Shown here: in pieces, positions 1-10,141 of the stretch | How the letters are laid out: the number at the start of each line of letters is the position of its first letter | Numbering within the stretch: the stretch's first letter is position 1 | Assembly (NCBI GenBank): GCA_964510025.1 | Contig: CAZDZV010000004.1 | Span: 64,611 to 128,610 of the forward strand | Source: an uncultured Methanosarcinales archaeon | GTDB taxonomy: Archaea > Nanobdellota > Nanobdellia > Woesearchaeales > DATDXC01 | DNA length: 64,000 bases | Direction: 5' to 3' | The notes under the pieces: generated by a model | The model's input: the letters and a program-made list of their open reading frames with translations, nothing else | Databases searched by the model: none | Told to the model about the DNA's origin: nothing | Translations under genes and position numbers: made by a program

Positions 1-13
1 TGGCGTGAGAGGA

Positions 14-26
14 AAGGTTTAAATAA
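14..26 (+). promoter_or_regulatory. Archaeal BRE/TATA promoter (AAAGG-TTTAAATA), probably giving a leaderless transcript
   Basis: Purine-rich BRE followed by TTTAAATA about 22 nt upstream of ATG 48; the same motif recurs at about 832-845 and before many other genes. Confidence 0.6.
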
Positions 27-47
27 TCTTAATAGTAATCTGTTCTT

Positions 48-803
48 ATGAAGTTAAGTAGTTTTATGATAATGATTTTCCTGGGATTTGTAATATCTAT
101 CCCCTTCTATGTGTACACTTCTATTGCTTACATGCTTTTAGCAAAGAGAACAAAGACCAAGAAGGAATGGGTAGCTTGGGTGCCTTTTTTGAGAGCATAT
201 CTGATATCCAAGATTGCTGATATGCGGTGGTGGCCCATGTTTTTTTTCTTACCTGGTGTTGTCACTGTAATCAGCTTTCTTATGGAAGTAAGAACTGGTC
301 TGTTGTTCATCTTCTTTTTATTAAGTACGGTTTCAATATTCGTATTTTTGATATACTGGATCATCTGGCACTGGAAGATCTTTGTAAAAGTAGGAAGACC
401 TGGTTGGTGGTCCTTAGCAGTTGCACTGCCTTATATCGGTTATTTTGTTTATCTTGTCTTTCTTGGCATAGCTGCTTTTGGCAAGCCGAAGAAAATCAAC
501 AATAGCTTTAACTTAGGACTTATGAGTATATTGCTGTTGATTCCATTTTATCCAATAATACTTCTGGTTTGGACCATTCTTAGTTCAGTCATGACTATTA
601 TATTAAGTCTGGTTGGTTTGGGTTTTGACACTTCCTTATTGGTGCCCTTGATATCATATTCAGTATTTCTTTTAGGCTCCGTGTTGGGTTATAGTGCTGT
701 TAGGACAGCAGATGATAGGAAATTATCTAAAATAGGGAAAGTGATGGGCATAATTGGGCTAACAATGCACATCGGTATGTTTTTATTTCAATTATTTTTG
801 TAA
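48..803 (+). CDS. Multi-pass membrane protein (DUF5684-like, two internal repeats)
   Basis: Hydrophobic helices; repeats 'LAKRT...WVAWVPF' and 'IFVKVGRPGWWSL...PYIG'; visibly AT-rich. Confidence 0.7.
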   Translation: MKLSSFMIMIFLGFVISIPFYVYTSIAYMLLAKRTKTKKEWVAWVPFLRAYLISKIADMRWWPMFFFLPGVVTVISFLMEVRTGLLFIFFLLSTVSIFVFLIYWIIWHWKIFVKVGRPGWWSLAVALPYIGYFVYLVFLGIAAFGKPKKINNSFNLGLMSILLLIPFYPIILLVWTILSSVMTIILSLVGLGFDTSLLVPLISYSVFLLGSVLGYSAVRTADDRKLSKIGKVMGIIGLTMHIGMFLFQLFL

Positions 804-866
804 TCTTCTGCAGATGGGGTATGTGAGCTGCGAAAGGTTTAAATAAAATGGTTCTTAAATATTGTT

Positions 867-965
867 ATGGCATGGAAAGAGTGGTCGACGTGGTTTAAAG
901 GATTTATTATTGGGGGTATAATTGGGATGATTACTGGTTCCTTGCTGCTGCACTGGAAAAGCTGA
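867..965 (+). CDS. Short membrane peptide or truncated gene (32 aa, MAWKEWSTWFKGFIIGGIIGMITGSLLLHWKS); not in ORF track
   Basis: Translated by hand; own TATA box at about 838-845; one TM helix. Confidence 0.4.
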   Translation: MAWKEWSTWFKGFIIGGIIGMITGSLLLHWKS

Positions 966-1145
966 AGGCTGCTGACAATAAGCTTGTGCCTGATCTTAGC
1001 TGTGATCAGCACCTATGGAAAACATATTATGATTCACAATATATCGGCCAGAGAAGAAACCTGAAGCTGATGAAGCAGATGATGCCCTTAAAGTTCAGGA
1101 TGCCTGACTGCATAGAAAGTAAAATCGCCAAAAGATGCCAGGACC

Positions 1146-2435
1146 TCAGGAAGTATGTTTAGTAATCTGTACAGCAGTTATCTTGGCTGCCATCTCAGCT
1201 GCCGTGCCGCCAAGATTGCCAGGATGCAGGCATGAAGCCATACCTCCTGCACCCAGGCCTGTGAGCAGCATCCCCGGGTCAAATCCATACCTTAGATAAG
1301 CATCTATATAGCCTGCCCATGCGCCATTTCCACATCCCTGCATGCTGCCACCTGCCATAGCAGCCTGCTCAGTCATGTCAGGCACCTCAAGCCTGTAATC
1401 TGCTTCAGTGCTCAGCAGCAATGCTCCTGCGTGCCCCAATGTTGGGATCCACACATTGACAATCCCCCTTTCTGCTAGCGCCCTATAAAGCCGGGACGCT
1501 AATCCCGGATCTTCCTGATATTTTCTTCCTTCTCTCCTTGCCAGTTTCTTGAGTTGCCGGGTATATGGTTCTCCCTTCAAAACACACCCCTCTACCAGAT
1601 AAAGCTCTCCCTCATTTGGTTTGAAGTCATCTGCAGCCAGCAGGGTTCTTAGTCCATCGCCCTGAAGCTTGTCTTTTGGTTCTCCTCCTGTCCTGATGCC
1701 AAAAGTCTTGCAAAACTCTATCTCATGCGCAAAATATGTCCTGTTGCATGCCTCTTCATCTCCAGCAGGAGCCCCACCGATCAGAGCGTATTTCATTCCT
1801 GGGTGCCTTGAAACAAATACGGTGAAATCCCTGTATTTCCTCAGAAGCCTGCTATAGTCCAGCGGCTCTTTGTCATGTAAACATATCGAGCCTGCCCTGT
1901 TGCCATCAACCTGTATGTTTATCTGTAAAGGCTGGCAGCTTTCCCTGTCGGTACGGATTAGATTTATGCCTGAAGCTTCTATTCCAGCTGCATAGAGGCT
2001 TCCATACCGATCATTGCCTATTAAGGTGCTTAGCGCTGTATTATGGCCAAGAAGATTAAGCAGGAACATTGTCATCATCGGATCTCCGCCAAGCGTGAAG
2101 CTAGTGTCTATCCTATCCATATCGAGCCTGCCATCTGCAGAATAAATGTTCAGATTGATGCAGATGACCCCATGTGTCTGTGAGCCCACAACATCGATTG
2201 GTGTCTCTGCAGCATGGGGCTTGTGGGTTTCTGGAACGAAATCATCAGGTTCCACAGTGCTTAGCGTTGATATTATGGTTTCCACTAAATCAGTTTCTTT
2301 TGCGCTGCCATCTGCATAGCCCTCTTCGAGAGAATCGCATAACCCCTTTATGTTGCTTAGGTCAGTACCCTGAAAACCATGCCTTAAAAAGAATAATGAT
2401 GCATCCTGCACCTTTTGACTGTCCATAAGCAGCAA
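1146..2435 (-). CDS. Divergent PfkB/ribokinase-family protein
   Basis: N-terminal 'LGG...LLGHNTALSTLIGNDRYG', 'FKPNEGEL', 'TLGHAGALL', C-terminal 'GCGNGAWAG' anion-hole-like motif. Confidence 0.6.
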   Translation of the reverse strand: MLLMDSQKVQDASLFFLRHGFQGTDLSNIKGLCDSLEEGYADGSAKETDLVETIISTLSTVEPDDFVPETHKPHAAETPIDVVGSQTHGVICINLNIYSADGRLDMDRIDTSFTLGGDPMMTMFLLNLLGHNTALSTLIGNDRYGSLYAAGIEASGINLIRTDRESCQPLQINIQVDGNRAGSICLHDKEPLDYSRLLRKYRDFTVFVSRHPGMKYALIGGAPAGDEEACNRTYFAHEIEFCKTFGIRTGGEPKDKLQGDGLRTLLAADDFKPNEGELYLVEGCVLKGEPYTRQLKKLARREGRKYQEDPGLASRLYRALAERGIVNVWIPTLGHAGALLLSTEADYRLEVPDMTEQAAMAGGSMQGCGNGAWAGYIDAYLRYGFDPGMLLTGLGAGGMASCLHPGNLGGTAAEMAAKITAVQITKHTS

Positions 2436-2516
2436 GAACAGACTATTATTTATAAACCTATTTATCCTTAACTATCAGCTGTTTGTGCATAATATTTAAA
2501 TATATCCCGTTAATTA

Positions 2517-3129
2517 ATGCATAAAATGGCAAAGATGGGTTTTGGGGCAATCAGAGACAGCAAAAGAGAATCTGACAGAGAATTGAAGAACGTAAAAGAT
2601 GTCCAGACTATGCTTCGGGAAGAAATTATGGATTGTCAGCAGTGCGAACAAGCTTTGATCCAGGAATTCAGGGCAGTCAGAGACTTGGAGAGAAACCTTG
2701 CTGTAGTAGAAAAACAGATGGGTTTCATAAGGAGGCTTGCAGATGAAAAAGATAAGATTGCTACAAGGCTCTTCACTGAACAAGGGAAAAATAAGGACCA
2801 AGGTAGATATTGGAAAATGCAGAGAGTATTTTGAGATGATCAGGCATATAGACAGTGAGCTTGATCCCATGATAGCGCTAGTGGACAGAGAATTGAAGAG
2901 GTTCCATCTGAGCGAGACGCATGAGCTGTTCAGGAAAAAGGGCACTGCCAAGATAATGCGTGATATTAGCCTTAGGGCAAAAGAGATGACATCGGAATTG
3001 GTATTGATACAGAGAAGGACAAAATCATTTGGGAATGAGCTTCAGATGGTCCAGCAGAACTTAGATAAGCTGGAAGCAGAGAGGCAGGGCAGGGCTTTGC
3101 CAGATATCACAGGATTTGGGAAACGCTAA
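2517..3129 (+). pseudogene. Coiled-coil hypothetical protein split by a single +1 frameshift (ORFs 2517-2834 and 2737-3129)
   Basis: Removing one A from the A5 run at 2787-2791 joins ...FTEQGK to IRTKVDIGKC... into one ORF of about 200 aa. Confidence 0.55.
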
Positions 3130-3770
3130 CGTTTTTTCTTAACCCCTACCTTTTCACAATATCTTTCTATGTCGCATCTGCTGCAAAAAGGAGATATAGG
3201 CACACAGACATTCTTGCCATGATGCACAAAAACATCGTTTACCAAGAACCAGTGCTTCTTTGGCACCAGCTTCAGCAGCTTGATCTCTGTCTTTTCAGGA
3301 TTTTTTGTCTTTACAAGCCCGAGCCTGTTGGATATCCTATGCACGTGTGTATCTACTGGTATTGCAGGTATGCCATGAGCATAGACCAGCACGCAGCCTG
3401 CGACCTTTCTGCCTACACCCGGGCATTTCATCAGGCCCTCATAGGTTTTCGGTATCCTGCCTTTGAACTCACCAACCACTATTCTTGAGGTCTCTATTAT
3501 ATATTTGGCCTTCTGACGGTAGAATCCGATCTTCCTTATTATCTTCTCCACCTCTTTCCTGTCAGCCTCTGCCAGCTGCCTGGCTGTCTTGTATTTCCTG
3601 AAGAGATTTCTGGCGATAGAGTATGTCTGCTCATCCTTGCTCCTGGCAGAAAGTATGGTGGCTATCAGGATTTTCCAGGCCTTTAGGTTGGAAAGAGAGG
3701 CCAGCATAGTGTTCCCGTAGTCCTTTTTCAGTATGTTGATTATCCGTAGTAGTCTAGTCATCGAAAACAA
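3126..3770 (-). CDS. nth: Endonuclease III (HhH-GPD DNA glycosylase/lyase with 4Fe-4S cluster)
   Basis: LIATILSA, HhH 'LMKCPGVGRKVA', 'IPVDTHVHRISNRLG', FCL motif C-x6-C-x2-C-x5-C. Confidence 0.92.
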   Translation of the reverse strand: MFSMTRLLRIINILKKDYGNTMLASLSNLKAWKILIATILSARSKDEQTYSIARNLFRKYKTARQLAEADRKEVEKIIRKIGFYRQKAKYIIETSRIVVGEFKGRIPKTYEGLMKCPGVGRKVAGCVLVYAHGIPAIPVDTHVHRISNRLGLVKTKNPEKTEIKLLKLVPKKHWFLVNDVFVHHGKNVCVPISPFCSRCDIERYCEKVGVKKKR

Positions 3771-4884
3771 TGAACGCTGCTATAGCGGCCAAGCTCAAGG
3801 CTGCCCCATAGATAAAAGCATAGCTGCTGCTTAGATCCCACAGCTTGCCTGCTATCAGTCCTGCAGGCAAAGCTGCAAGGCTCACAGCCATATGAAATGT
3901 GCCCAGGGCTGTGCCCCTATAGCTCTTTGCAGCAAGGTCTGATACATATGCTCTCTCTGTGGCATTTACCAAGGCATAGTTCAACCCAAAAAGCAGGAAA
4001 AGAATGACGAACCATACCAGTGAACCTGCAAATAAGAAACCCATGCAGACCAGTCCGAACAGAGAATAGCCTGCGAGCAGCACCTTCTTCTTTCCTATCT
4101 TATCAGCTAGATTCCCTGCAGGTATTGCAAATGCTGTGTAGCTTATGTTATAGAGGACATACAATAATATGGGTATGCCTATTGCCAGTTTCTCTGAAAA
4201 ATAATCCTGGCTCCTCAATACAAAGAACATGTAGCTGAAATTTCCCAAAGCAAATATCGTTGCAATTATTATGAATACCCTTAGTCTTTTGGATAGCCTG
4301 GAAAATCCTATCCTGAGGTTCATGGCCTTCTTCTTGGTGCCTTTTTCCCTGACAAAGAATATGGGTATCAGCGATAGGAAAGCTATTATGCCTGCGATAA
4401 GGAATATTCTCCTGAAAGAAAGGCCAAGAAACCAGAAGAACAGGAATGCCAATATGCCCCCCAGGACGCTTCCGCCGCTGTCCAGCGCCCTATGTATTCC
4501 AAAAACCCTGCCTCTTCTCTTGCTTGAAGCAGCTAAGATAGCATCCCTTGAGGCAGACCTTAGGCCCTTGCCGAACCTTTCTGCAGATCTCAGGCCCAGG
4601 ACCTGGGGCCAGTTCTGAGAAAAGCTGAACAGCAGCTTTGATATCGAGCTTATCAGATAGCCAGTAAAAACAAATGGTTTTCTCCTGCCAAGCTTGTCTG
4701 ACCAGTAACCTGCCAGCATCTTGAAAAAGCTGGATATGCTTTCTCCCAGACCAGAGATAAGGCCCAGAGCAAGCCCCGCACCCCCGATTTCCTTGATAAA
4801 CAAAGGCAATATGGGAAGGATGAGCTTGCTGGATGTGTCATTTATGAAGCTTACAAGACCCAGCCACCATACGTTCTTTTTCAT
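3754..4884 (-). CDS. MFS transporter
   Basis: About 12 TM helices; motif A 'GYWSDKLGRRK' and 'GNLADKIGKKK'. Confidence 0.9.
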   Translation of the reverse strand: MKKNVWWLGLVSFINDTSSKLILPILPLFIKEIGGAGLALGLISGLGESISSFFKMLAGYWSDKLGRRKPFVFTGYLISSISKLLFSFSQNWPQVLGLRSAERFGKGLRSASRDAILAASSKRRGRVFGIHRALDSGGSVLGGILAFLFFWFLGLSFRRIFLIAGIIAFLSLIPIFFVREKGTKKKAMNLRIGFSRLSKRLRVFIIIATIFALGNFSYMFFVLRSQDYFSEKLAIGIPILLYVLYNISYTAFAIPAGNLADKIGKKKVLLAGYSLFGLVCMGFLFAGSLVWFVILFLLFGLNYALVNATERAYVSDLAAKSYRGTALGTFHMAVSLAALPAGLIAGKLWDLSSSYAFIYGAALSLAAIAAFIVFDD

Positions 4885-5606
4885 ATCTTTCCCTCGAGGT
4901 ACATCTTCCTGTCTGCCAGCCTTTCTATCGCATACCTCAGCATGGTCCTCGGCATCTTTTTATAGTTTTTCTTTAAGAACCTTTCCAGTAGTGGTCTGTC
5001 CTTTTTCCCTATCTCCCTCAGCATCCATCCTACTGCCTTGTGGATAAGATCATGCCTATCACCCAGCAATATTTTGGATATCCTAAGCGTATCATCAAAT
5101 TCATGGTTCCGGATAAATGCAGCTGTTGCTATTATTGCGATGCGTCTCTCCCAGAGGTTATCTGATTTGGCAAGCCTGTATAGGATATCCCTGTCTTTAT
5201 CCAGAAGATAGTCGCCAAGAATTTTTGGTGCAGACAGGTCCACCAGGTCCCAGTTGTTTATATTTTTTGTATTCTTAAGGTAAAATTCTGTGATATCGTC
5301 TGTATCTTTGTACATCTCTATTAGCATAAATAAGGCAGAGAGCCTGTATTCATGGACATTTGTATCCATGAGTCCCTGGATCTCTTGAAGATTGAGCTTG
5401 TATTTCTTGGCTATCTTCCGCTGCTCAGGCACTGTCACGCCGAGAAATATGTCTCCCTCCCCGTATTCTCCTTTTCCGGTCTTGAAGAATCTCTGCAGAT
5501 CCTTTGCCTTTTTCTTATCTGCTGCTTTGCCCAGCTCTTTCTTAAGATCAGAGACCTGCTGAGAATTCCTTGATCTTCGCTTCATCGATCTTTTCCCTGA
5601 GTTCAA
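4881..5606 (-). CDS. AlkD-family (HEAT-repeat) DNA alkylation repair protein; true start probably downstream of 5606
   Basis: 'FFKTGKGEYGEGDIFLGV', 'INNWDLVD', 'NLWERRIAII', 'DLIHKAVGWMLREIGK'. Confidence 0.88.
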   Translation of the reverse strand: MNSGKRSMKRRSRNSQQVSDLKKELGKAADKKKAKDLQRFFKTGKGEYGEGDIFLGVTVPEQRKIAKKYKLNLQEIQGLMDTNVHEYRLSALFMLIEMYKDTDDITEFYLKNTKNINNWDLVDLSAPKILGDYLLDKDRDILYRLAKSDNLWERRIAIIATAAFIRNHEFDDTLRISKILLGDRHDLIHKAVGWMLREIGKKDRPLLERFLKKNYKKMPRTMLRYAIERLADRKMYLEGKI

Positions 5607-5985
5607 GGGTCTTCACTGGCTTGCCGCTGAGCCCTTCCATCTCCCTGAATGCTTTTCCGTTGCTTCCGCTGCCTGCTGTGCTGAAAAAAGCCACATTTTT
5701 CAGCTTGTTTGTCTTGAGATAGCTCCTTATCGCAGGAGCCATGGTGCCGGCCCATATTGGGGTGCCGACAACGACAAGCCCATAGCCAGCTGGATTCTTT
5801 TTGTGCTCAATCCTTGTCTCTCTCTTCTTGAATGCGTCAAATCCTCCCCCCATAAACCCCCTGATGCCATCTCTTTTTTTCTTGTCCTTGATCTCGTCTA
5901 TATCTGCATTTATCTCGGCTGCAATCAACTCTCCGGCTTTTCTGGTGTTCCCTGACCTCGAATAGAAGACAACTAGTTTCTTCAT
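5548..5985 (-). CDS. Flavodoxin family protein
   Basis: 'VVFYSRSGNT', 'VGTPIWAG', 'VAFFSTAG'; start reassigned to ATG 5985. Confidence 0.85.
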   Translation of the reverse strand: MKKLVVFYSRSGNTRKAGELIAAEINADIDEIKDKKKRDGIRGFMGGGFDAFKKRETRIEHKKNPAGYGLVVVGTPIWAGTMAPAIRSYLKTNKLKNVAFFSTAGSGSNGKAFREMEGLSGKPVKTLELREKIDEAKIKEFSAGL

Positions 5986-6072
5986 TTTAGAAGAGTTAAG
6001 CATTCTGAGCTTATAAAGATTTCTCATAAAGTTTATATATGCTGGCAGAAAAGTGACAGATGAGGTGGTCTT

Positions 6073-6261
6073 ATGGCAAAGCAAAACCCATATGTTGCTA
6101 TAGCAGCTGTGCTGGCCGGCATCTATCTGGCTATTGTAGTGTTGTTCCTTGTGTTTGAGAGAGGACAGCTGGCTCTGATATCAGGAATATTGGTCCCGGT
6201 TGCCTGGGCATTCACTGTGATGGCTGTATTGCTTGGATTTTTTGCTTCCCATAAAAAATAG
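6073..6261 (+). CDS. Small two-TM membrane protein
   Basis: SD GAGGTGG upstream of ATG; two hydrophobic helices. Confidence 0.7.
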   Translation: MAKQNPYVAIAAVLAGIYLAIVVLFLVFERGQLALISGILVPVAWAFTVMAVLLGFFASHKK

Positions 6262-6538
6262 TAATTACTTAATAGCAATCAAAACGAAAGATTTCTTCGA
6301 AATCCTGCAGACAAAGCATTACAGAGGGTTGCAACAGAGAAATCCTGGTACCCAGTCATTGGTAGCCTATGTTGCCAACGAGATGAATGCTCTCGCAAAG
6401 AAGGATATGCCCCTGGATGTGCGATTGGCTTTGACCATCAATGCCGGCGAGCTTGAATATGCGATTGATGCTGTACCTGTTTTGGGTGGTTTTTATACTC
6501 CTGGCTGGAAGCCTTGCCCTACGGCCAATCTTCTATAA
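6233..6538 (+). CDS. Hypothetical protein (start uncertain)
   Basis: Open frame filling the gap between genes; no recognisable motif. Confidence 0.3.
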   Translation: MDFLLPIKNSNYLIAIKTKDFFEILQTKHYRGLQQRNPGTQSLVAYVANEMNALAKKDMPLDVRLALTINAGELEYAIDAVPVLGGFYTPGWKPCPTANLL

Positions 6539-6598
6539 TCACTTATAGGTAGTTAAAAAAACACAAAATTTATATACTAGTGCCTGTTACATCATCAC

Positions 6599-6967
6599 AT
6601 GAACGTAGGAAAAATAGCTGACTATTTACCCTCATATGACAGTGTGCGAGCTGGCTTGCATAAGATAGCTGATTGCACAAGAACCGCAGCTAGGGTAGGT
6701 TTGGCAGCGCTTGTACTGGCAGCACCTGGCTGTGGGATCGACAGGCAGCCTGATCCTTTTCTCGGCCGCAGGAACGATGCTGTAGTATACAGGCACCATT
6801 TTGATTTGGTCGAGACAGGTAAAGATTATTATGTATTTGAGATCAGAGACGGCATGCATAAAGGCGAGAAAGTAAGGATAAGTCGCCAGGAATTAATGCA
6901 TGAATATGGTACTGACTCACTGGAACAGGAACAAAGTCCGTCAGACAGGTTTGTCGACAGATGGTAA
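6599..6967 (+). CDS. Hypothetical lipoprotein-like protein
   Basis: TATA upstream; hydrophobic stretch ending 'LAAPGC'. Confidence 0.55.
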   Translation: MNVGKIADYLPSYDSVRAGLHKIADCTRTAARVGLAALVLAAPGCGIDRQPDPFLGRRNDAVVYRHHFDLVETGKDYYVFEIRDGMHKGEKVRISRQELMHEYGTDSLEQEQSPSDRFVDRW

Positions 6968-6976
6968 GGCCTGGAT

Positions 6977-9900
6977 TTACACCCACTCCAATACCTTCTC
7001 AAACAGTCCATCTATGTGTATGAAGCTCTCCACATATGCTTTTGAATATGCCATGATTTTTTCCACATCCATATAATCTTCAGGTGTTTCAGGCTCGTTC
7101 TCCACCTCAACCATATCTGAAGCTGAAATTCCCAACTTGTTGCATTCTGAGATGTTTACGGTATTTATTGTTATATGGGTATCCTGCTCATCATGCAGAT
7201 ATAGCTGAAAATTATTGTCATGCGAATACAAAATGCTTTCATCAGAGCCATATTCTTTTTGGCCTATAATCTCATAGCTGCACAGTTCCAGTTCTTCATC
7301 AAAAAACCGGTATACCGCAACTTCTGATTCATGCTGTGGACCTATGAAAAATTTGGTTGTATCTCCGGTTATCGGCGGATTTCCCAGTATCTGATATCCG
7401 ATCCCATCTAAGCTGTAATCCCGATTCGACCTTACTGTGTATACGCTTGATTCCGGACCGGTCGACTGTTTTCCTTCATCCTGCAGCTTGCAGCATGATT
7501 GCATGGATTTATGGTCCTCCAGTTGATTCATGCTATAAGAGACCTCTGTCTGGATCCTTGCGTTTCCTTCCTCGTTACTGATTATCCTGGCAGCACCTAG
7601 TTCTGGAGCGTCTTTCAGCCGGTAGAAATTGTCAACAAACATATCAGTTAGTGCTCTGTAGATCAAGTTGGCGGCCAGCTCCTCTTGCTGTATCTCGAGT
7701 GTGTGCTCTTTCGGTTCTGGTTGCCTGTCTTTCGGTACATAGTAGTCTACCACATCATAGCCGTCCAACGGATCAGGCTGATAATGGGCATATGGTATCC
7801 CAATGCCCACTGTTGGTTCTGTACGGGATACAAGCGTAAACTCGGTCATTGGGTGAACCTCAATTTCATCGACTATCTTGAGGTAGATGTTGCCCTCATG
7901 ATATGATAGGATCATAGCTATATTTTCTTCAAATCTCTTGGACCTATCCAGTATTTCACCTGTCCTGTCGCCATCTCGATAATACACTGTCTCTCCTGCC
8001 AGTTGTTGTATCTCTTGCTCACTGAAGAATAGGTCATCTGCATTGTATCCCTTCTTTTCAAACAGAGTGAGCAGTGCAGAAGGGAGGTGTTGTTTGACAG
8101 CTGAGGAAGTGGTGGTGAAAATGTCAAATTGCTTATCGGTGCCTGCAAGATCATAGAAGTAATGGTACCCCCAGATGTTTAGGTTTAGCTCAACCTGTTG
8201 CGGTGCTCCGCACATGTCAAAAGGATCAGTCTTATCCTCTACCTTGTATCTTGTATCCTTCAAACCAAGCGACAAAGTTATCTTGGAGTCAGGATCCTTA
8301 TCCATCAGCACAGTATCAGTAAACTTCAGGTACCTTTTTTTCCACCAGCCTAATGAATCTTCGTCCACTGTTATGTCATTGCTGATTGTAATCTTGGAAT
8401 TCAGGCTTTTCTTGTCTTCTATTTTAGAACATTCATCCTTGCCCATGAGAGTGTAGGGTATCTGCACATTTTCCAACCTTGCACAGCAAAACCTGGATAC
8501 CGATATGAAATCTCTTACTTTTTCATAGATATCGTTGCGATACACTGCCGGGAAAAGATAGACCTCGCTCTTTTCTATATGCTGGGTTTCAGCAGGCAAA
8601 TCCAGGAAGGCCTGTATCTCCTTGTTCCTCTTAAATTCTTCTGCTACCTGCATTGAGAGTTTTTCTATAAGACCGGCGTAAAACTCTCTGGAGATAGGAC
8701 CCTCAGAGATCACTATAGGTTCCTTGTTCTTGACAGGCAACAAGTCGATTATGTCAGTATCTTCATCATATTTATCCGGATACATGGCCCTGTAGTTCTC
8801 TGCGTTTGATTCTTGATTTTTCAGGTCAAATCCTCTGGCTTTCAAGGTATGGCCCCTCACTTGATGATTTATCTCCAACAGCACCCTATCATTCCAGTCG
8901 CTCGATAGAGATTCCGAAAGCGTAAACCTGAATATGATTATATGTTCAAGATATAGGTCATCTCTCTGGCCGAATCCGCCTTCATGACGGATAAGCGGCC
9001 GGATCTCCTCTTCTGGATCAAGGTAGAAGAAATCCGTGATCCTATAGCCTGCCTCCTGAAACAGATGGAAGGAATTAATGATCAAAGCGTCCACAAATTC
9101 CTCGCTCTCTGCAAGGACATCGAAAATATTGATGCCGCCGAACCGATCATAGTATTGTCCCCCTACAACTATTTTATATTCAAAGCTCTCCGGCAAGGAG
9201 CAATCATACTTTTCTTCATGTGGCGCATCCTCACCTAAAGGAAAGGGGCTGGCTACTTCATCATATGGGCTTTCTAGACTGACTTCAATCTCTATATCTT
9301 TTGGACTTGACAGGAGATGGTCGGCTGCTGCTTTTCCTTCCTTGTCTATTTTTCGGGTGACGTCGATTGACATGTGGAAGCCTGCATCCAACCGCTGCCT
9401 TTCGGGGCAGACCCCCTGGATCTCACTGACATCCGCCCGGTAGTTAAGCGTGTGGTCGTCGTTGTAGCTGCCTGAGCACTCCCAGTTTGCCATGACATGC
9501 ATAGCCTCATCATCCAGGAATGAATAGAAGAATGGGACATCGACAAATTGCGTAATATAGTCATTGCGGTACCAAAACTTATTGAAATCATGCTCTATTG
9601 TATTGAATACTGTAGCGTACGTGTCATCGGATTCCAGGTTTGCGCATGCATGCATATCTGGGTTGTAGACCCATGCTAGATCCCCGAAAAGGTCAACAGG
9701 GTAGTATATTGTATGCTTCAGTGTCGGATCCCAGTTCTGCCGCGGAACACCCAGACATCCCACAAGGGGCATCTCTTCTATTTCCTGGATATCTCTCTGC
9801 CAGGAATCTTGATATGGCTCGTCGCATCCTGTTGTTGTGGTTTCATAGTTACAAACACTGTCATGGCAATGGATATTTGACCTTACTGTCTGATAGCAGA

Positions 9901-10141
9901 TATCGCTCCTGTCTTTCATGCGGTAGTTCTTGATTTGGCTTAGATTGCCTTGCCAGCCCTCAGTTTCATGGTGCACAAAAGACCATATTGTTTCATCAGA
10001 TGAGTCTATGTAACGGTCTGCCCCATGATTGTTGTCTATAAGGTTTGTCCTGCAATGGCCGTGGTATCCGTCATCGTATTCAGCTAGCACTATAGCTGAT
10101 AACAAGAACATTAGCGCCAGGCATAATAGCTGTCTTTTCAT
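6977..10141 (-). CDS. Large secreted acidic protein (1054 aa) with an internal duplication
   Basis: Signal peptide; two repeats each ending in CC (RFCCARL / QSCCKL); no family recognised. Confidence 0.8.
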   Translation of the reverse strand: MKRQLLCLALMFLLSAIVLAEYDDGYHGHCRTNLIDNNHGADRYIDSSDETIWSFVHHETEGWQGNLSQIKNYRMKDRSDICYQTVRSNIHCHDSVCNYETTTTGCDEPYQDSWQRDIQEIEEMPLVGCLGVPRQNWDPTLKHTIYYPVDLFGDLAWVYNPDMHACANLESDDTYATVFNTIEHDFNKFWYRNDYITQFVDVPFFYSFLDDEAMHVMANWECSGSYNDDHTLNYRADVSEIQGVCPERQRLDAGFHMSIDVTRKIDKEGKAAADHLLSSPKDIEIEVSLESPYDEVASPFPLGEDAPHEEKYDCSLPESFEYKIVVGGQYYDRFGGINIFDVLAESEEFVDALIINSFHLFQEAGYRITDFFYLDPEEEIRPLIRHEGGFGQRDDLYLEHIIIFRFTLSESLSSDWNDRVLLEINHQVRGHTLKARGFDLKNQESNAENYRAMYPDKYDEDTDIIDLLPVKNKEPIVISEGPISREFYAGLIEKLSMQVAEEFKRNKEIQAFLDLPAETQHIEKSEVYLFPAVYRNDIYEKVRDFISVSRFCCARLENVQIPYTLMGKDECSKIEDKKSLNSKITISNDITVDEDSLGWWKKRYLKFTDTVLMDKDPDSKITLSLGLKDTRYKVEDKTDPFDMCGAPQQVELNLNIWGYHYFYDLAGTDKQFDIFTTTSSAVKQHLPSALLTLFEKKGYNADDLFFSEQEIQQLAGETVYYRDGDRTGEILDRSKRFEENIAMILSYHEGNIYLKIVDEIEVHPMTEFTLVSRTEPTVGIGIPYAHYQPDPLDGYDVVDYYVPKDRQPEPKEHTLEIQQEELAANLIYRALTDMFVDNFYRLKDAPELGAARIISNEEGNARIQTEVSYSMNQLEDHKSMQSCCKLQDEGKQSTGPESSVYTVRSNRDYSLDGIGYQILGNPPITGDTTKFFIGPQHESEVAVYRFFDEELELCSYEIIGQKEYGSDESILYSHDNNFQLYLHDEQDTHITINTVNISECNKLGISASDMVEVENEPETPEDYMDVEKIMAYSKAYVESFIHIDGLFEKVLEWV

